Of a stretch of 32,000 nucleotides of DNA, positions 29,754-32,000 are shown one piece after another. Below the pieces are notes generated by a model. The model had not been told where the DNA came from, ran no database searches, and saw only the letters and a list, made by a program, of their open reading frames with translations. The position numbers were made by a program, and so were the translations under genes. The stretch is from Thermodesulfobacterium commune DSM 2178 (GTDB lineage: Bacteria > Desulfobacterota > Thermodesulfobacteria > Thermodesulfobacteriales > Thermodesulfobacteriaceae). The stretch spans positions 660,001 to 692,000 of the forward strand of contig NZ_CP008796.1 of the NCBI RefSeq assembly GCF_000734015.1. Direction: 5' to 3'. Position 1 is the first letter of the stretch, and every line of letters begins with the position of its first letter.

Positions 29754-31598
29754 ATGTGCGGAATAATAGGGTATATAGGAAATAGACCGATCATTCCTGT
29801 TTTGTTAGAAGGTTTAAGAAGGCTTGAATACAGAGGTTATGATTCAGCAGGGATAGTGTTTTTAGAAGACGAAGAAATAAAAATAGTTAAGACTAAAGGA
29901 AAAATCTTAAACTTAGAAGAAAAACTCTTTAATGATTTCCCTAAGAAAGCTAAAGCCCCTGGGTTAGGACATACCAGATGGGCTACCCATGGAGAACCTT
30001 CTGACGAAAACGCTCATCCTCATTTTGACTGTCATAAATCTTTAGCCTTGGTGCACAACGGCATCATAGAAAATTATTATGAGTTAAAGACTAAACTTAT
30101 AGCTAAAGGTCATAAGTTTTACTCAGCAACTGATACTGAAGTGATCGTGCACTTAATAGAAGATTTCTTAAACCAAGGAATACCACTTAAAGAGGCGTTT
30201 TTTAAGGCTCTAAAAGAACTAAAAGGTGCCTATGCTGTGGCCTTGATTCATAAAGAAAATCCTGATTTTATTTTGATTGGAAGAAACCAAAGTCCTGTAG
30301 TAATAGGTTTAGGAAAACAGGAAAATTTTGTAGCCTCTGACATCCCTGCTCTTTTACCTTTTACTAAAGAAGTTTTGTTTTTAAACGATGGGGAAGTAGC
30401 TATACTTAGGAAAGATCAAGTAGAAATCTATGATTTATCAGGCAATCCTGTTGCAAGAGCCCCATATCATGTGACCTGGGATATAGCCTCAGCTGAAAAG
30501 GGTGGTTTTGACCACTTTATGCTAAAAGAAATCTATGAGCAACCTGAAGCCATAAAAAACACGATGTTAGGAAGGATTGATTTGGATAAAAACCAGATTG
30601 ATTTTTCTCAGGAAGGATTAGACCAAAAATTTTTAGAAGGAATACAAAGGTTTTATATCGTTGCTTGTGGTACCTCTTATCATGCTGGATTGGTAGCAAA
30701 ATATCTCATAGAAAGGGAGTTAGGCCTTCCTGTAGAGGTAGATATTGCCTCTGAATTTAGATATAGAAACCCTATTTTAGACGAAAAAACCCTTTTTATA
30801 GGAATTTCCCAATCAGGAGAAACAGCTGATACCCTTGCCAGCTTACGTTTAGCTAAAGAGAAAGGTGCTAAAACCCTTTCTATCTGTAATGTGGTAGGAA
30901 GTACCATAGCCAGAGAAACTGAGGTTGTATTATATACTAAAGCTGGGCCTGAAATAAGTGTGGCTTCTACTAAGGCTTTTTCTACTCAGGTTTTAACCTT
31001 TGTCCTCTTTACCTTTTATCTAAAACAGCTATTATTTGGAGAAAATGAAAAAAAACAAAAAATCGAGGCTTTAATAAAACTACCCTCCCAATTAAAAATT
31101 TTTATCGAAAAGGTCCATTCTAAAGTTAAAACTTTGGCTCAAAAGTGGTATCAAGCACAAAATGCACTTTATTTAGGAAGAAACATCCTTTATCCTATAG
31201 CCTTAGAAGGTGCCTTAAAACTTAAAGAAATTTCTTACATCCATGCAGAGGGTTATGCAGCAGGGGAGATGAAACATGGACCTATAGCCCTGATAGAAGA
31301 AAAGGTACCTACTGTAATCCTTGCAGCCAAAGAAACAGGCATTGTTTACGAAAAAACTTTGTCTAACGCTGAAGAGGTAAGGTCACGTAGAGGGCCTATT
31401 ATCTCATTGGTAACCGAAGGGGCCAAAGAATTCCAAAAAATTTCTGACGAATACATAGAAGTTCCCTTGACTTTTTATGAATTTTTACCTATTTTTTATG
31501 TAGTTCCTCTTCAACTTTTAGCCTATGAAATAGCTACTTTAAGAGGTTGTGACGTAGATAAACCAAGAAATTTAGCCAAAAGCGTAACAGTTGAGTAA
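29754..31598 (+). CDS. glmS: Glutamine--fructose-6-phosphate aminotransferase
   Basis: MCGIIGYIG Ntn-Cys start, two SIS domains (GISQSGETADT) and C-terminal KSVTVE. Confidence 0.95.
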   Translation: MCGIIGYIGNRPIIPVLLEGLRRLEYRGYDSAGIVFLEDEEIKIVKTKGKILNLEEKLFNDFPKKAKAPGLGHTRWATHGEPSDENAHPHFDCHKSLALVHNGIIENYYELKTKLIAKGHKFYSATDTEVIVHLIEDFLNQGIPLKEAFFKALKELKGAYAVALIHKENPDFILIGRNQSPVVIGLGKQENFVASDIPALLPFTKEVLFLNDGEVAILRKDQVEIYDLSGNPVARAPYHVTWDIASAEKGGFDHFMLKEIYEQPEAIKNTMLGRIDLDKNQIDFSQEGLDQKFLEGIQRFYIVACGTSYHAGLVAKYLIERELGLPVEVDIASEFRYRNPILDEKTLFIGISQSGETADTLASLRLAKEKGAKTLSICNVVGSTIARETEVVLYTKAGPEISVASTKAFSTQVLTFVLFTFYLKQLLFGENEKKQKIEALIKLPSQLKIFIEKVHSKVKTLAQKWYQAQNALYLGRNILYPIALEGALKLKEISYIHAEGYAAGEMKHGPIALIEEKVPTVILAAKETGIVYEKTLSNAEEVRSRRGPIISLVTEGAKEFQKISDEYIEVPLTFYEFLPIFYVVPLQLLAYEIATLRGCDVDKPRNLAKSVTVE

Positions 31599-31616
31599 AA
31601 AGATAGGAGTAGGCTT

Positions 31617-31820
31617 ATGGAATGTAAAAGGGATAAAAACCTTAAAAATTGTAATTGCTCTTATGATCCCTGTCCTAAAAAAGGGATTTGTTGTGAATGT
31701 TTGCATTACCATAGAAAGATGAGACAATTACCAGCTTGTTTTTTTCCCCCTGAGTATGAAAAAACCTATGATAGAAGTTTTGAACTTTTTGCTAAATTAG
31801 TTTCTGAAGGGAAGGTATAG
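31617..31820 (+). CDS. Small Cys-rich cytosolic protein (DUF6485-like)
   Basis: 67 aa with CxC...C...CCxC..H...C pattern ([22 protein letters not shown]...ACFFP). The family name is from memory and was not verified. Confidence 0.55.
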   Translation: MECKRDKNLKNCNCSYDPCPKKGICCECLHYHRKMRQLPACFFPPEYEKTYDRSFELFAKLVSEGKV

Positions 31821-31823
31821 GAC

Positions 31824-32000
31824 ATGGAAAGCAAAGTGTTGGCAGAAATAATCTTAAAGTTACTTGAAGATAAAAAAGCAGAAAACATAGTGCTTATTGA
31901 TGTAAAGGATAAAGTAGACTATGCTGACTATTTTATCATATGTAGTACCCATTCAACCAAACATACCCAGGGGCTTTCAGACTATATTTTGTTTGAATTA
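31824..32000 (+). CDS. rsfS: Ribosomal silencing factor RsfS, N-terminal part (3' end outside window)
   Basis: Hand translation: MESKVLAEIILKLLEDKKAENIVLIDVKDKVDYADYFIICSTHSTKHTQGLSDYILFEL. Matches the RsfS/Iojap pattern (DKKAEDI.V.DV...DYF.I..G.S.RQ). Confidence 0.85.
   Translation, partial: MESKVLAEIILKLLEDKKAENIVLIDVKDKVDYADYFIICSTHSTKHTQGLSDYILFEL

Overview
Visibly AT-rich, gene-dense bacterial chromosome (about 36 genes in 32 kb, many with overlapping or abutting stops and starts). Lys/Glu/Ile-rich proteins and LPS genes (lpxD, kdsA, kdsC, lptC-like) suggest a thermophilic diderm, possibly Thermodesulfobacteriota- or Aquificota-like; the taxon is inference only. Most of the window is housekeeping. 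Recognised genes: lpxD (3' end), tadA, ispH, radC, kdsC, kdsA, argG, a transaldolase/Fsa-family gene, radA, hisF, cutA, ndk, thiL, hsp20, clpB, hpf, rapZ, rimI, nusB, cmk, glmS and rsfS (5' end). I found no rRNA, tRNA, CRISPR array, transposase or integrase. The most unusual locus is 22932-28335. It holds a very large ORF (about 1,440 codons if joined) split by an apparent +1 frame change near 24670-24716. Its C-terminal ~500 aa are collinear with the ATP-grasp and phosphohistidine swivel domains of pyruvate phosphate dikinase, but the PEP/pyruvate TIM-barrel is absent and ~900 aa of unrecognisable helical sequence sit in front. A tightly coupled, unusually long (407 aa) GAPDH homologue with intact Cys/His follows. 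Secondary oddities: an IspH fused to a ~270-aa polytopic membrane domain; an overlapping PAP2 phosphatase/ArnT-family glycosyltransferase pair; a small HNH nuclease wedged between cmk and glmS; a 52-aa BFD-like Cys protein missing from the ORF track; and a divergent hsp20/clpB control region with palindromes that match neither CIRCE nor HAIR. All homology calls come from motif recognition by eye; no searches were run.
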